Of a stretch of DNA of 64,000 nt, positions 49,619 to 63,052 are shown one piece after another (position 1 is the first letter of the stretch; the number at the start of each line of letters is the position of its first letter). The position numbers and the translations under genes are program-made. The stretch is from Klebsormidium nitens (taxonomy: Eukaryota > Plantae > Klebsormidiophyceae): NCBI GenBank assembly GCA_000708835.1, contig DF237171.1, positions 1-64,000 of the forward strand, given 5' to 3'. The notes below the pieces were generated by a model that worked only from the letters and a program-made list of their open reading frames with translations, was not told where the DNA came from and did not search any database.

Positions 49619-52561
49619 CTAGGCAGCGCCAACTCGTCTGAGCCAGCATGTGTGGAGGGGACAGGGATCGGATCCGGTGGCGTCTACTGTCTTCTTAGAT
49701 AAATCGAAGAACCAACCGTTCCGCCATTCAAACTGGAAGTGAAACCAAGGAAACGGCCGGGGTCAGCGTTCATCGTCTCACGGACTTGACTAATCATCAA
49801 GTTTCGGAGTTGCAAATCGAGTAATAGTCGTCAAACTGCACAAGCGCAACTTCCCACCTCCTTGGGTTGCCCTGCCGCCAGACCAAACGATTGGAAGATG
49901 CATCCACGGTTCCATATGGACAATCTTGTCTTCGCATACAACAAATTCACTCTTGAGGACGTGCAATCCTCCGCCAGCTCAGAAGGACAATGTGGAGGGC
50001 TCACGAAAACCGTGCTTGCTTGCGAACGCACAATCAAATCAAAGAACCGGTGGAGAAAAGATGCACGATATTGAATGAAACAGTCCGTTTTCCACTTGGC
50101 CGCAACAGACACGCAAAGCTTCTCCCTGTTCTCCTCATGACTCCCCTGACGCGTTATCCGTTAGTATAGCGGACGACTTGGTCGCCTTGGCTCCGTCTGA
50201 GCAGAGACTAACGGCAGCTTTCGCAGGCAGCCTATCCTGGTTGCACATTCTCGCATTCATGCACCAAGTTTGCGGGAGGAATCAACGGGCCCATAGTATT
50301 GGAAATTTCTCTCGCCCACCGCTGATTTGGAAGAGGACCGTGAGTTTGCGACATGGCTCACCTCTTTGACGGCTGTTGGGTAATGGGCGACGGAGCGTGC
50401 ATACGCGCACAGCCGCTCCTCGAGGCCTTCGTCCAGCGTCACCCCGGTCTCCTTCTCCGCCACAGCCGCCAGCTCCGCAATCAGAGCGGCCACCTGCACA
50501 GGTAAGGGACGGTACGCTCCCTAAGATATAAAAAGAGCCGAAAGCTGACAGGGACACAGCAAGACTGCAAGAAAGAGCAGGGGTCCATAGATTACCGACA
50601 TGGACGGCACGTTGAACAAGGCTGCAGTGGCTAAGAGCCATCGGAACCGCAGAGACAAGGGATTGCTAAATGCATACTCTTAGAGTAGACTCGTTCTGAT
50701 GACATGGCTGTTCGAAGTAGGCAAACTCACACGCCCTTCCATGTGAACCTTTGCAAGCAATGATTGACGTACTTGTATATCGTCTTTTCATTAGCAATTG
50801 CCCTCTGTCCTTAACCGGTGTCAGATTCGAGATGAGTCTTTGGCCAACGACCTCTACTTCAGAAGTCTGGACCAGAATCGAATCAGTTCCAACAGAAAGT
50901 TGCAACAAGATGGCAATGTTGTTGGGGGAAGCGAATGCGCACCTCGTCCCGGTATTTGGCCTCTACGTCTCCGACAGACGCGTTTCCGTTCTTGACCCCG
51001 ACCAGCATGAAGGCGCTGATCCAAATGAGCTTCTCCAGCATGGACTTGCGGAAGGCAGCCGTGTCCAACACCTGGCAGGCCAACGAGGCAGCAGGGGAGC
51101 CACCACTGTCAGCCTCATGTGTAGTGAGCAAGCTAGATTTGCATTACATGGAGCAGGCCAGTAATGTTCAAACCTTGGGCCTAAGTCTGAATTCCAGATG
51201 CAAGAGAAGCGCACCTGTCAAAAGTTCTCCTTAAGAGCTTGTGTATGATCTGGATAATCTCGTGTCCCTTCCCATTCCACAGCTTTACCAAAACAGGACT
51301 CTACGACAGTAGGCCGGCCCCAGTTCTTAACGAATGGGTTAAGGACACAGTATGCCTGTAACAACACCCTGGGGGGTCAATCAACAGACGATCAAAATCC
51401 TGTGGAACGAGAATAAGAGGCCACATCTTTGAAGGTCAAAGCGTGGACGTCCCCTCACGTCTGCCAAAGTGCCCGCCGCTGCTTACCTTGCAACTAAGGC
51501 CCGCGGAATGCAGGCGCGCCGCCACTGCTTCGGCCCACTTTCCCGTGGCTGCCGTGAGTCCCTCTGGATTCACGTCGGTCTTCCCGTCCATGGGAGCGTC
51601 TCCGGCCTTGGCCACCGCAAAGTAGACCAGCACCTGCGTGGCCGCCTCGAGGCCCTTGGACGCCAGGTACGGCTCCAGCATGCCGTTCTGCATAAACACA
51701 AGGTCTGTCCTGCGGGTCAATTGGGGCAGGATGGGAGGAAATGAGGGAGGGAGGTGAGGTGATTCTACGTAGCATTGGTGACATACCCTATTGCTTAGAA
51801 GGACAATCGTCATCATCATCGATCGCTCCAGTGAATTCAAGCTCATATTCCACATCCTATAAAGCTTGCAGTTTCAGGGGTGACAATGCTACCACCACAG
51901 CTGTCCTCCAGCTCCAGCAGCCAGGTACGAAGGAACACCTCACGAGCTCTGGCTTCCAATGGTCTATCAAAAACACGCCTTATCTCAGCTGGATTTTTAA
52001 AACGGCCACATTGGATGCAAGGCAAATGTAGGGACCACCTCAACAATGTGACCGCCAATCTGCATGCACTGACCCAATGCAGCATTTGCTCCACTTACCT
52101 TCTCGCCTGTCGGCAGGGGTGCCTTCAATAACCCTGTCCAGTGCATCATTCCGTGTTGCAATGAGGATTGGCCCGGTGCTGTCTACCGGCACCTTCTCCC
52201 CCCTTTTGACCACCACGTCCTTTTCCCCGCCCATCTTCTCCAGGGCCTGCCCCACCCTGCCGTACCCCACAATCACCGCCGGCTCCACCGCCATGCTCGT
52301 CACTGCTCTTCCCTTGCCTGCCGCTGGGGTTACTTGCCCCGCAGGGGAGGCCGCCAGAAATTTGGGCACAAAATTAGAATGCAGGGCCTGATGAGGTTTT
52401 TTGTCAAAATGCAGCGAAGGCCTTGCTGCGCAATGCTGAGGGAAGAATGTGAAAGTTGCCAAGGCGCAGGGGATGGGCGCCTTTGTCCGGGTGGCAGCTA
52501 GCGGACTGCAAGCGCGGCCGCTCAAGACGAAACCCGCGTGCTGTAATGCCGCAGCAACCAT
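49619..52561 (-). CDS. Probably plastid-targeted Rossmann-fold protein, ketopantoate-reductase (ApbA/PanE)-like, conserved in green lineages (~351 aa)
   Basis: Exons 52561-52099, 51704-51487, 51071-50943, 50493-50362, 49732-49619. Ala/Ser/Arg-rich, acid-poor N-terminal ~90 aa resembles a transit peptide. Dinucleotide-binding motif VIVGYGRVG, then ILIATRNDAL, DLVFMQNG, EKLIWISAFMLVG, and C-terminal FEWRNGWFF...DPCPLH. Confidence 0.82.
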
Positions 52562-52696
52562 GCTGAATCTGGAGGTCCAGCAGCAACCCTAGAACGTGTC
52601 GCCAACACTTCGTGTACCGTACTGTCCAGAGTGAAGCTTACAAGTTACCTATACAATGCGACGAGCCCCATGCCAATGCCAATGCCCCAAAAAGGT

Positions 52697-53184
52697 CAAA
52701 GAACGAAGTTGTAAAAGTGTTCACATGCTACTTTTACGCGCAAGGTGCGTCAGTATCTTTAACACTCCGGGCACTCTTCTCTCCTCGGTGAAGATCGACA
52801 ATATCTTGGTTAAGGGCTAGGTAACCGCAAGACAACCGGGGTGGCTTCTGAGGGTCAGCTTGATCACGGTTAAAGCTTCCGAGCTGGTAACTAGTAAGCT
52901 TCGGTCTTGAGGCTTCAGTGTTTTTGCCTTGTTCAGACCCCGGTTTGGTAATTGACTACCTAGAGAATCGGTGACTGTTCGATCATGAATTAAGGAATGC
53001 TACTAATAAGTTACTCTATACCCGGTGGTTTGAAGGAGTAGCTTAGGGCGTCCGGTGCTTTGCTCAGGGACCTTGGATGACGCGCTACCGCACGCGCGAC
53101 GACAAGATCATCGGCAATCTTGTGGCCGACAGTGCTGGCCTGGGTAACACTCGGCTGGTAACACTTTTACAACTTCGTTCTTTG
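52697..53184. repeat. 25-bp perfect inverted repeat pair in a bidirectional promoter
   Basis: CAAAGAACGAAGTTGTAAAAGTGTT (52697-52721) and its exact reverse complement AACACTTTTACAACTTCGTTCTTTG (53160-53184), 438 bp apart. No obvious target-site duplication. Confidence 0.8.
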
Positions 53185-53642
53185 TACTACTTGCGCCAAT
53201 GCCATGCCAGGGCGATGCAACAACTTCAAGCCAGCGTTGGTCGGACTCTGTCGGCGTACGTCATCTTCGGTTGAAGTCGTCCGATCAGATGATCGACGGT
53301 CGAAAACTTGCGAGCATCTGTGCTCCCGCCTTCTTCTTCGAAAACCGCATTTTCTACAACAAGCTCTGCAGACTTCTGCACAGACGACGCCAACAATGCC
53401 TGAGGTTGCAACATGGCATGGCGTTTGAATGAGAGCGTTGTGATTCTGAATGCAAAAGGTACGGTATCTACCTACTGAAATTAGAGTCAGTGCTAGTGTG
53501 AACCGTTGATGGAGCTATCTGCAATTGAAGGGAGGGCGGTGAGCACTGCATTCGCAAATGCGAAATCGCTACTCATGGGTGACTAGGCTGCCAGTAGCCG
53601 CCACGCAGACAAGGGACAGGGAAGAGAAAGTCGGAGGCAAGC

Positions 53643-56600
53643 ATGGCCCGAGGGAGAAGACCTCAGCTGACGGCCCCTCCAGAAGAAACAATCCCCAAGG
53701 TGCTCTCTGAGTGCCAGAGGACAACAGCAGTGCACAAGAGGAGCGTGGGACTTCTGCAGCAGGTGAGGGCGACCAATCTTGTTCCCATTCCTGCTGGCTG
53801 TTTTGCTTGGAGCTGAGCGCGTCTCCAAAGTGCCACTCTACTCCGCCTTCTGAGGTACTCAGTGCATGCATTTTGTCCAAAATGCCCACCTTTGGACAAA
53901 TTTGGGCTGCTTGCCAGTCGAACGTAGAACACCAACTGGATGGATGGTAAGAAGTGCATTGGAGGCTGTGAGGCCACTTGATCACTCGTTTGCATAACAG
54001 GTCAAAGCTCCCAAGAAACACGAAGCTGAGCTTAATTTGTCCGCACTGGTGGGCTTTCTATGCTCAAAATCACAGAAGGATGGCAGCACTTTCTCCCCGC
54101 ACTGGTTCAGTGCACAGCTTCAGACACTGGGCTCCTGAAAAGTGCTCACAATGTGTGCATCTGTGTTATGCAGTGTCGACGGGACTTCCCAGCAGCTTTT
54201 TGCAATGAGTTCGTCCGGTGCATTACCCCTGCACTTCTGGTGTATAAGCAGGAGCCAGCAGTGACCAGGACCATCAACTTCATCGCAACATTTGCAAGTG
54301 CCCAAGACACGGTGAGAGTTCCCACTGCTTCGGCAGGCAGGTGATCCCCCTCCTTGATTCCACTATTCCGGCTCCCTGCCAAGGGCCCCTCGGATCCAGA
54401 ATCCTGTCACCATTCTTTACAATTGTTACAAACAGAAATTGCACAAGATCAGCTTCTTACGACCTGTAGAGGCCCTTAAACTTCTTGTGCTTGGCCCGAA
54501 GGGAAAGGTTGTCAGACACTGCTTGGGCAGTTGCTTATGCTCTTTGCTTCCCCTGCTGCCAGGTGGGGCCGCAAGATGCGTCCGATGACTTTGTCGAGGA
54601 GCTCCTGGGCTTCCTTCTCGACAGCACGCAGTCGCGCGACAAGGCGCTCCGGTATCGCTCTACTCAGCTCGTGGCCAAGATCATCGAACTGCTACCCGAG
54701 GATGCGGGCATCTCCGATGAGGTCTGGGAAGGGGTCTGCGAGCACATGCAGGTGAGCCAGAAAATGCACAAAGCTGCCACTGCAGGACGGGCGGGCGTCC
54801 CCAAGCACTCTCTTTGCTTTCCACCGCCGTTCCGCTTTTCAAGATAGCAAGAAGTCCTCGTCCCTCAGAGTCCCCTGAATTGAGGTCAGCCATGGCTCTC
54901 ATTCCAGCTGAAAAAAGTGAATGGATTGTTCAATTGGATTGAAGCGATCTTTTGCCAAGGCCAGAGACTCCAAATGCCCTATTCCCCATCCCAATTCTTG
55001 CGGCCACTGGCAAGAAGCGGGTTAATTATGATCAATGCTTTCCAGTCAGCTTTCATGAATGGTGAAAACAATAGTCCTTGGACGATCATATCTGAGCCCC
55101 ATGGCTGCTTCATCAGGCACGGCTGCGCGACAAGCAGCCTGTGATCCGCGCCAAGGCAGCGCAGGCCCTGGCCCGGCTGGTGGAACCAGGAGAGGACGGC
55201 AGCTTTGAAGATGACCCAGTCACCTCCGCCTACAAAGTGCTCCTCACAAATGACAAGAACAGTGTAAGTCACCAGTTCTTTTTCCAATCCTTTCAACCGG
55301 CTATTGAGTGCCAGGAAAGAGCCCATCGATTGCCCCAAGGAGTGCTACACTCGGAGTTGTAGACGCCTCTCCTCTGATGGGCTGCTTTTAGTCTGTCTCT
55401 TCCTTTGTTGAGGTACTGCGGCACATTGGCCCCTGCAGGACGTGCGCAAGGCGGTGGTGGCCTCATACCCCATGGCTGAGCCGTTGCTGCCTGACGTCAT
55501 CGAGCGGACGCGCGATGTCAGCGATGCAGTCCGCAGGGTGACCTACATCGCCCTGCGGACCAAGCTCTATGTCTCCAGATTGAGGTGAGTCACAGCGGCA
55601 CAGAGTTCTGTGTGCTTTATGTTGGTGCATCCACTTTGGCCTGACGGACGGGCTCACCCCCGGGGTGCTCTCGATATGCTGGGGCACCTCATCGATTTCT
55701 CCAGAGCTAGTAAGCCTTGCTTGAAAGAATCTCCAATATAAAGGCATCCCACTCTAGATGTACGTGCCAAATCATAGCAGCCTGGCAGGCTCTGCCGCCT
55801 CTTCTGACTCCCTTCCTCGTTTTCCCCCAGCCCTCAGCAGCGGGTGGAACTCCTGCGCCGTGGCCTGTCTGACCGCGCCCCGGCCGTGCGCGCCGAGTGC
55901 GTCAAGATGGTGTGCGACTACTGGTACGTGCGCGACTGCGGGAGCGACCCGCTGGCCCTCATCGACCTGCTGCACGTGGAGGAAGGAGCGGAAGAGGAGG
56001 ACGGCCAATGGAGCCACGAGGAGGTGGCGGAGCGGGTGCTGCTGGAGCTGCTGCGGGGGGGGCACGCAACGTTGGAGAAGGGGGCCAGCCTGAGGGACTA
56101 CCTGCAGGCACCAGACACACGGGCGGGTGAGCTAAGCTCAAGCTTTACTTGGTCTAGTGACCTCATATAGGTAGTTGACAATGTTGTTGCAGCCTTTTGA
56201 CGGGTATTGAAGGTTACTGCTTCTCACTGTCTGGACGTCCGATCAGCAAGGGCTTCGAGGGCAAAGGTGACTGTTCCTTTTCGAAAAATTGCGAACTCGA
56301 TCACCTTACATATGAAGGACAGGGACAGATCAATTCGGCCAGGTCGAACTTGCACCAGTAAAGCTGCCTTCCAAGCCCTTTTTCCATGTGTGCCAGTCCT
56401 GCGTCAAAGTTTCTTTCGACACAGAATCAGAGTCAGGTGACACTGGTGAACCGTCTTACGCTTGCTCATCTCCCTCACACTCAGCAAGCTTGCTGCAGGC
56501 CGCACACCTGGGCGCGCAAGCCCGCGCTCCATTCTCTCCCCTGGACCGGTCAGCCCCCCATTTGGTGGGGCCACCGCCGCTGTTGGCGACACCGAACTGC

Positions 56601-59600
56601 CCTCTGAGGGCCCCGTATTGATGAGCCCCTCGGAGGCGCTCTACTGGCGGGTCATCTGCCAATGGCTCCACAAGCAGGCCGAAACGCAAGGAAATGAGGC
56701 CGCAAACTCTGGGGGGGCGCAGGTGAGCGGGCGGGCCAGTCATGAGCGTTCTTTGGGCTGTTACTTGAGAGGAGGTTTGAATGCGAAATTGTTCTAAGAT
56801 TGTTACAAGATGGTCCTGGGAAAATGTTTCGTTATGATGCTCCCCTTGTTTGTTGAGGTGAATTTTGCCACTCGTTGCCCCAGCAAATTAGGTGGTCCTT
56901 CGATCGTAACGGGATATCCTGCTGGAATGTAAATTGATGTCGACTGGGCCACATATGGCCACCTTGTCTTACAACGGTACAATCGACCGGTATTTGCTGC
57001 TAGAAGGACGACAGCAGGATGTTGACATAAGGCTGTAATTCTGCTGATAGAAGGACGGTAGCACAATATCACAGGAAGGGCTGTAACTTGCCAGACTGCA
57101 TTCGAAAGTACCCGCCCCGCTGTGTCGTAGGCGGAGGTGCTTGCCGCTGAGGCGGACGAGAGCCGCGCGCTGCTGGAGGGGTTCCTGCCTGCGACCGTGG
57201 CGGAGTTCGTGGAGCTGACGCGGATGCACCTGGCGGGAGGGGGGGACCACCGCTTTGCCGCCCGCCAGCTGATGGCGCTCGCGGGCTGCCTGGACCTCAC
57301 GGATGCAGCCGGGCGAAGGGCGGCCGCGGGCCTGGTGCAGGTCAGAACATGGGGCATGGAACGAGGGGTTCCGAGGCTGCGGGACATCCCTTCGAACATC
57401 CAAGGCTCCGTGCTTCAGAACTTTTACTCGGAGAGATCAGGGGTCGACTCATAGATGTTTCAAACGAGTGTCCGATGTTAATGGCGATAGTTCTCGTCCG
57501 CTTGGGAGGCTCTCTTAGGGAACCAAGAAGGAAAGTGGCCCCGGGCTGGTAAAGAGCTTGGTCTCGACATCACATGTCTACCAGCAGAACGCTCCCACTC
57601 TACTCATGCTTGGGACGAACACGGGTGGGTGGGCCAGAGTATGTTCGCGTTGCAACAAAGGTTCATAACATGCTTGGCTGGATGCTGCTCTGTATGGAGG
57701 AGTCACGGGTAGCTCCTCGGCAGGTCTAGGCGTTTACCTCCGGTAGCTTCCGAGACTGAAGGCTAGTGCTCCAAACTGTTTTCTTACCCTGTCAACCACA
57801 AATACTGTGTCAGGTATTCCTCAGTGTCTATCAGCACTCTCAATTGTCGCCCTGCTTTTAGAAGTCCGCAGTTCCTTCCGGAAGTGCCGTGCCTTGCATT
57901 TGCCTGCGGGGCTACTTCCCTCACACCGGCGTCCTGGTGCAGGCCCTGCTGTGCGGCTCGGCCACCTCTTCTCACGGCAGCCCCCTCAACACCCATCAGA
58001 AGTCCCCCACCAATCCCCTGCGAGACTGCCAAGTCGCAGCCGGCCCCGACCTAGGGACCGACCGCAAGTGGGCGCACGCTGTGAGCACCCTGGCCCGCCA
58101 CGTGCACGCAGCCCCGGGCGAGTACGTGGCAACGCTGTTCGCAGCGGTCCACGAACTAGACAGGCGGGCAGAGGACGTCGAAGGGACGGCCGGCGGCGAG
58201 GCGGCCAGGGAGGAGGCCCGGCTGCGGTGCCTGGCGGTGGCGGCGCTGCTGCTGGAGGCGGTGAAGGGGCTGCCGGAGCTGCAGGAGGCGGACGCACGCG
58301 CGACGGCGGTGCTGGAGCAGGCTGTGGCGGCGCAGGTGAGGCGGGCAGCAAATGCAGCGAGGGACGTGGGGCACCGGCAGCCTCCCAACACTGTGGGCTC
58401 GCCGAAACGGCCCCGGCAATGAACGTGCTCAAATTGCGTCTTTGGCCTCCCAAGGGTTACGCTGGCATTTCGGGATCATATTCTTCGACAGGCCTTTCTC
58501 TTGATGCTTTCTCCTGCTGTTTCTTTTCCCTCTCTCCCTGTAGTCGAGCGCAGCCTCTGTCGGACTAAAAGACGTCCAGCCTGCGAGTCTTCAGCAGCGT
58601 GCTGTGCGTGCACCTTCCCCAGTAGGCCAGGCCACTGGTCGTGCTTATGCGGCTCCGCCTGTGCGCAGGTTCACCACGCGAGCCCCCACGTTCGCAGCGC
58701 CGCGCTGCGCTGCCTGGCGCTGCTGTGCCACCTGGACGGCGGCCATAGCCAGCAGTTCTCGCCCCTGCTATGCGCCGCTGCGCAGAGCGAGGCCTCGCCC
58801 GCCGCCAGAATCGTCGCCCTCAAGGCCCTCTTCGACGTCGCGCTGAGGCACGGGCCAGACTGCCTCAATCCGGAAACAACCGTCGAACAAAGTCCAGTCT
58901 CGGGAGGGGCGAGAAGAGGGCACCCGGGGGAAGGCTCACCGGGCTCAGCAGCTGAGTCGTTTCAGTCGGCGCTGTCCTCCCGGGGCACATCCTTCCGGTC
59001 GGCCGTGTCCGGGGTCCAGGCGGAGGAGCTGATGGAGACAGCGCAGAGCCCGCTGCCACGTGGCAGGCCCGCCCAGGACGAGAGCACCGTCACGGCGGAG
59101 GGCCCCTCCGGAAACTTGCCCCCGCACTCGGACCCCCTGGCTTTCCTAGCACAGTTCCTCGACCCTAGCGCAGACTTGCTCGGCGGTGGGGCACCTGAGA
59201 AGGGCGGCAAGAGGCCGAAGAGCGGCAAGGGCAAGAAGGGCCCCGGGAAGAAGGGGGGCGACGCCGGCGTGGGGCGCGAGGCGGTGGAGGTCGCCGCGGA
59301 GGGCTTTGCGAAGCTGCTGCTGTTCGACCGGGTCCCGCGCCCCGGGGCCCCGCTGGCGCAGCTGCTGCTGCTGCACTTCGACGCCGTCACGGAGCCGCTG
59401 CTGCGCCTGCGCCAGTGCCTCGCCGTCTTCTTCGACTACTACGCGGCGTCGGCCGCGGAGCACAAGGTGCGCCGCTGAGTGCTGGGCTGCCTCTTGCTTT
59501 TCTTTCGACCTTCGAAGTCAGAAGGAAAAGGGAGTTTTTCATAACGGAAATGGACAGTCGCCGTTGGCTTAAGAGTTCCAAAATTGTGTTCGTCCTTTGG

Positions 59601-62600
59601 ACTGTTCCACTTCTCCATTTCATAACAAAGGGAATCAGAAGATCTGCTCGACTCCTTTCGTTTTCTGCTACCAATACGTACGACGATTGAAGAGTATCCT
59701 TCATCCCTGCCTTCGTCTCGTCAGCGCACACGACGATGCACGCCTTTACAAAGATCAGAGTCCGCTGCTGACGCCCTTATTTTGTTTGCTGGCAGAGGAG
59801 CATCAGCGGCGCATTCTTGGACGTGGTCCGCCTCGCGTGGACGGGGCACGCCGTGGACGGGAAGCTGACCTCCGCTGCCGCCCGCAAGAGAGCAGCCACG
59901 GCCGCAAAGTGAGCCCGCTGTCAAGATAGCCCGTTAGAACGGAAGCCGAGAACGGGATTTGGTTTTGTAGAGCACGGTGTCCAGAATTGGCTATCGTAGG
60001 ATACAATCACAAGTTGCTCCGGGAACCCCTGCTCAGCGTAGTTCTCTCTCCGATGTAAAGGCCAAGATAGGCATGCATAGAAGCGACGGCCTGAGCAAAA
60101 TTCCGGGGGTTCTACAGCTAGAAGACACGTCACCCCGCACAGGCGGCCCTACCTGGCAATCTGTGTCTAGCACTACGCTGATCGGGCAGTTACATATGAA
60201 CAGTTTCGGGGTGCACCGTCCCTCAGGGATCGAAGTCGTTCCTCCGAAACCGAAAACCGGTGATTTCGTCCCACCGAATTCCGACTGGATCTTTTGGGGA
60301 CGGTGCGCCTCTCAGGAACGCCGGTAAAATACTTAGGGACGGTTGGCGCTCAATCCTCGGACAGTCTGCCTCGCCGCAAGATCCGGGAGCTTGTATTCCT
60401 CGCGCAATCTTTCTCGGAGGGAACCATCACCAAAGCGGATTTTGTGGCGCGCATGCGCTCCCTCAGAAAACAGTCGCCACTTCCCCGAGGATACATATGT
60501 GACCGCCTTATGAGACATCGCTCGTCCCTGCTAGGGTCTACATTTCCACGCTGTACTCCGGGCCATTTTCAGGTCACCTCCGGACGCTTACCACGTCGAG
60601 TCGTTCCAAATTTTGTGCCGTGTGCTTGCGTTAACCACTTTCTTGCCTCTTTTTGTTTTGCTCGCAGGTTCATGCTCCATCTGCTGCAGCAGCCGCCCCT
60701 CCACCAGCCGAAGCCCGCCGCAGCCCCGACCCCTGCTCCCACCTCGGAGGACGAGGCCGCCTCGACGCAGACCGTGGACCCCGCCCCTCGGGGGATCCCC
60801 CCGACCGAGGACGAGGGCCAGGAGCAGCTGGCGCTGGACCTGGCCGCGGAGATCCTGGGGTGCCCGGATAAGAGGAGCGCCGGGGGCAAGGCTTACGTCA
60901 GCATGCTGGCGAGGAGCGTGGCCGGGCTGACGTTCCGGCGGAGCGAGCAGGAGGCGATCAAGAGGATGAGGAAGCTGCTCGACTGGTGAGCCGCTCCGTG
61001 GCGCTCTCCTTGCAGCAACGGCGGGCGCGGAGGCTTGGGATACTTATCCTATAGATAGAGATTAAAGCGACTGCGAGTGATTTCTCGGATTCTTCAAAGA
61101 TCAGAAGAATCTCAGACAACTTCTAAAATGGTTTTGACAAGCAATTATACTGATGCCGCACTCAAGCAGGACCATTCTCAATCCACTGGTCCAAATAATC
61201 AGTCTTGACGGGAGGCGACGAGTCGTTCGCTAATGCACGCTGGTCCCGTTTTTCTTGTCGGCTGCAGGCTGCGCGACGTGCTGCAGTTCGACAAGGCGGT
61301 GTCCAAGGAGCTGGCCGCCATGGCAACCCGCCTGGCGCACCTGGACGACACGCCCGCAGAGCCGCTCTCCGACGAGGCGCTGCGCAGCCTCCAAGGTGAG
61401 CCCACCACTGCGGGCTGCTCACGGCGTGCAAAGTGCCGCCGCAGAAGTCACGCAAGTACTACCAGATCTAGTCCTTTGGCGATTCTCTCTGCACAGATTT
61501 TGTCTCAAGGAAGTTACAAAAAGCAACGAGGTCATGGCAGATATGGTGCGTACAGAACGGAAGCACTCATCTCTGTGCGAGTCTGTCTGGCGTTCCTTGA
61601 TCCGAAACAGAGTCCTTGACCAGCGGGACCTGGTCATGCCTGCAGCGCTGGCGGAGGCTCATGCTCGTGCCGCTGATGAAGGCGCCGAAGGCCGGCCGCG
61701 CAGCCGAGCGAAAAGAACGTCCAAGGCCGGCGCTTCGGACACTACTGGTGCGCACACGTGGCATCATAGAAGAGACTGCCGGTGTACCCAATCGCATTGC
61801 GTTTGCAATGCTGCCAACGCCGCCCCTGTCGGGCTTGCATAGTTTCCCTAATCGACCTTCAACTTTTGTCCTCTAGTTTAATCTGAGTGCTCGAACCTTC
61901 GTCGTCCTCTGACGGTGCAGCATGTGATTTGAGCCTGTTTTACAGTGTCATCCAGATATCTGCCTTCCCGAGAAGAAAGCCAGAATTGAATGCTTCATGA
62001 GAAGCTCGTCTGGCGCTTGCAAATGCCCTGCGGTGATCAGACCCCACCGCATGTTTCTCGCAGCAGTCCGTAGCTCCAACGACGAAGTGACTGCCGACAG
62101 GCCTGATGACGTCATCAGTGACAAGCGTCGGGCCGTAAGGCGCCCCACCCGGCAGAGCAAGACGGCGGCCCTGACCAGAATGGGCGACCAGAAGAAGGCG
62201 GCCTTTGCCGGGGACACGGACAGCTCCCACGAGTCGGAGGACAGCGGATCGGAGGCCTTCGAGGGGGAGGACGAGGGGGCTGCCTCGCAAGGAGCGCGCA
62301 CATCGCAGCGACACGTGGGCAGGAATGGCGGGGGGTCTGATAGTGATGAAGGGTCGGATGACGAGGCGGCAGAAGGTCGGTCTGGGGGCGTTCAGAAGCA
62401 GCAGGTGCAGGGGGGCCGTCGCGACAGTGCGGGGTCGGCGGCCGGCAGTGAGCACGGGCAAGGGTCCCAGGGACAAGGCGGGCCGCAGGAGAGCGATGTG
62501 GGAGAAGGGGAGAGCGACGAGGACAGCGGCGAGCCTGGTGTGGCAGCGGAGGAAAGGGGGAGCACCGAAAGGCATAGTGCACGTGTGTCAGGCTCGGTCA

Positions 62601-63052
62601 CCAGCGGGGCTGAGGAAAGCGACGACGTCAGCGGTGAGGTGCGTGCTGGGCGGCCGAGGCGGGGCGCTGCGCTGGGGGAGCGCCGTCGTCGACTGGTGCT
62701 GGAGGAGTCGAGCGACGAGGAGAGCGGGCAGGGGAGTGCGGGCGAGGAAGAAAAGGACGAGAGTGCACGACTCGTAGCTAAGCGCGAGGAGGAGAGCCAG
62801 GTGACAGTGTCGGACAGCCCCAAGGGGGCGGCGGAGGAGAACGCATCCTCGGACGGGGACAGTGAAGAAGTGGCACCGGTGGTGGTCAGGAGGAAAGCGA
62901 CTGCGAAACGAAAGGTAGTCCTCGATAGCAGCGAGGATGAGGAAGAAGAGGCGGACAAAGGGGAGGTGGCCAGACACACCGAAGATTCTGACAGCGACGG
63001 AACCAGCTTTTCCAGCGCAGAAGAGCAAGAGCTAGATTCTGACAGCGACTAG
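53643..63052 (+). CDS. NCAPG: Condensin I complex subunit 3 (CAP-G), HEAT-repeat protein with a long acidic tail (~1436 aa)
   Basis: Exons 53643-53762, 54174-54311, 54563-54751, 55117-55263, 55439-55584, 55831-56126, 56499-56722, 57131-57340, 57943-58335, 58669-59466, 59796-59908, 60668-60985, 61268-61395, 61646-61747, 62064-63052 (4311 nt; exon 14 least certain). CAP-G motifs DKALRYRSTQLV, RLRDKQPVIRAKAAQAL, DKNSDVRKAVV, VIERTRDVSDAVRR, LLRRGLSDRAPAVR, VALKALFDVALRHG, VAAEGFAKLLL, LRQCLAVFFDYY. Confidence 0.9.
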
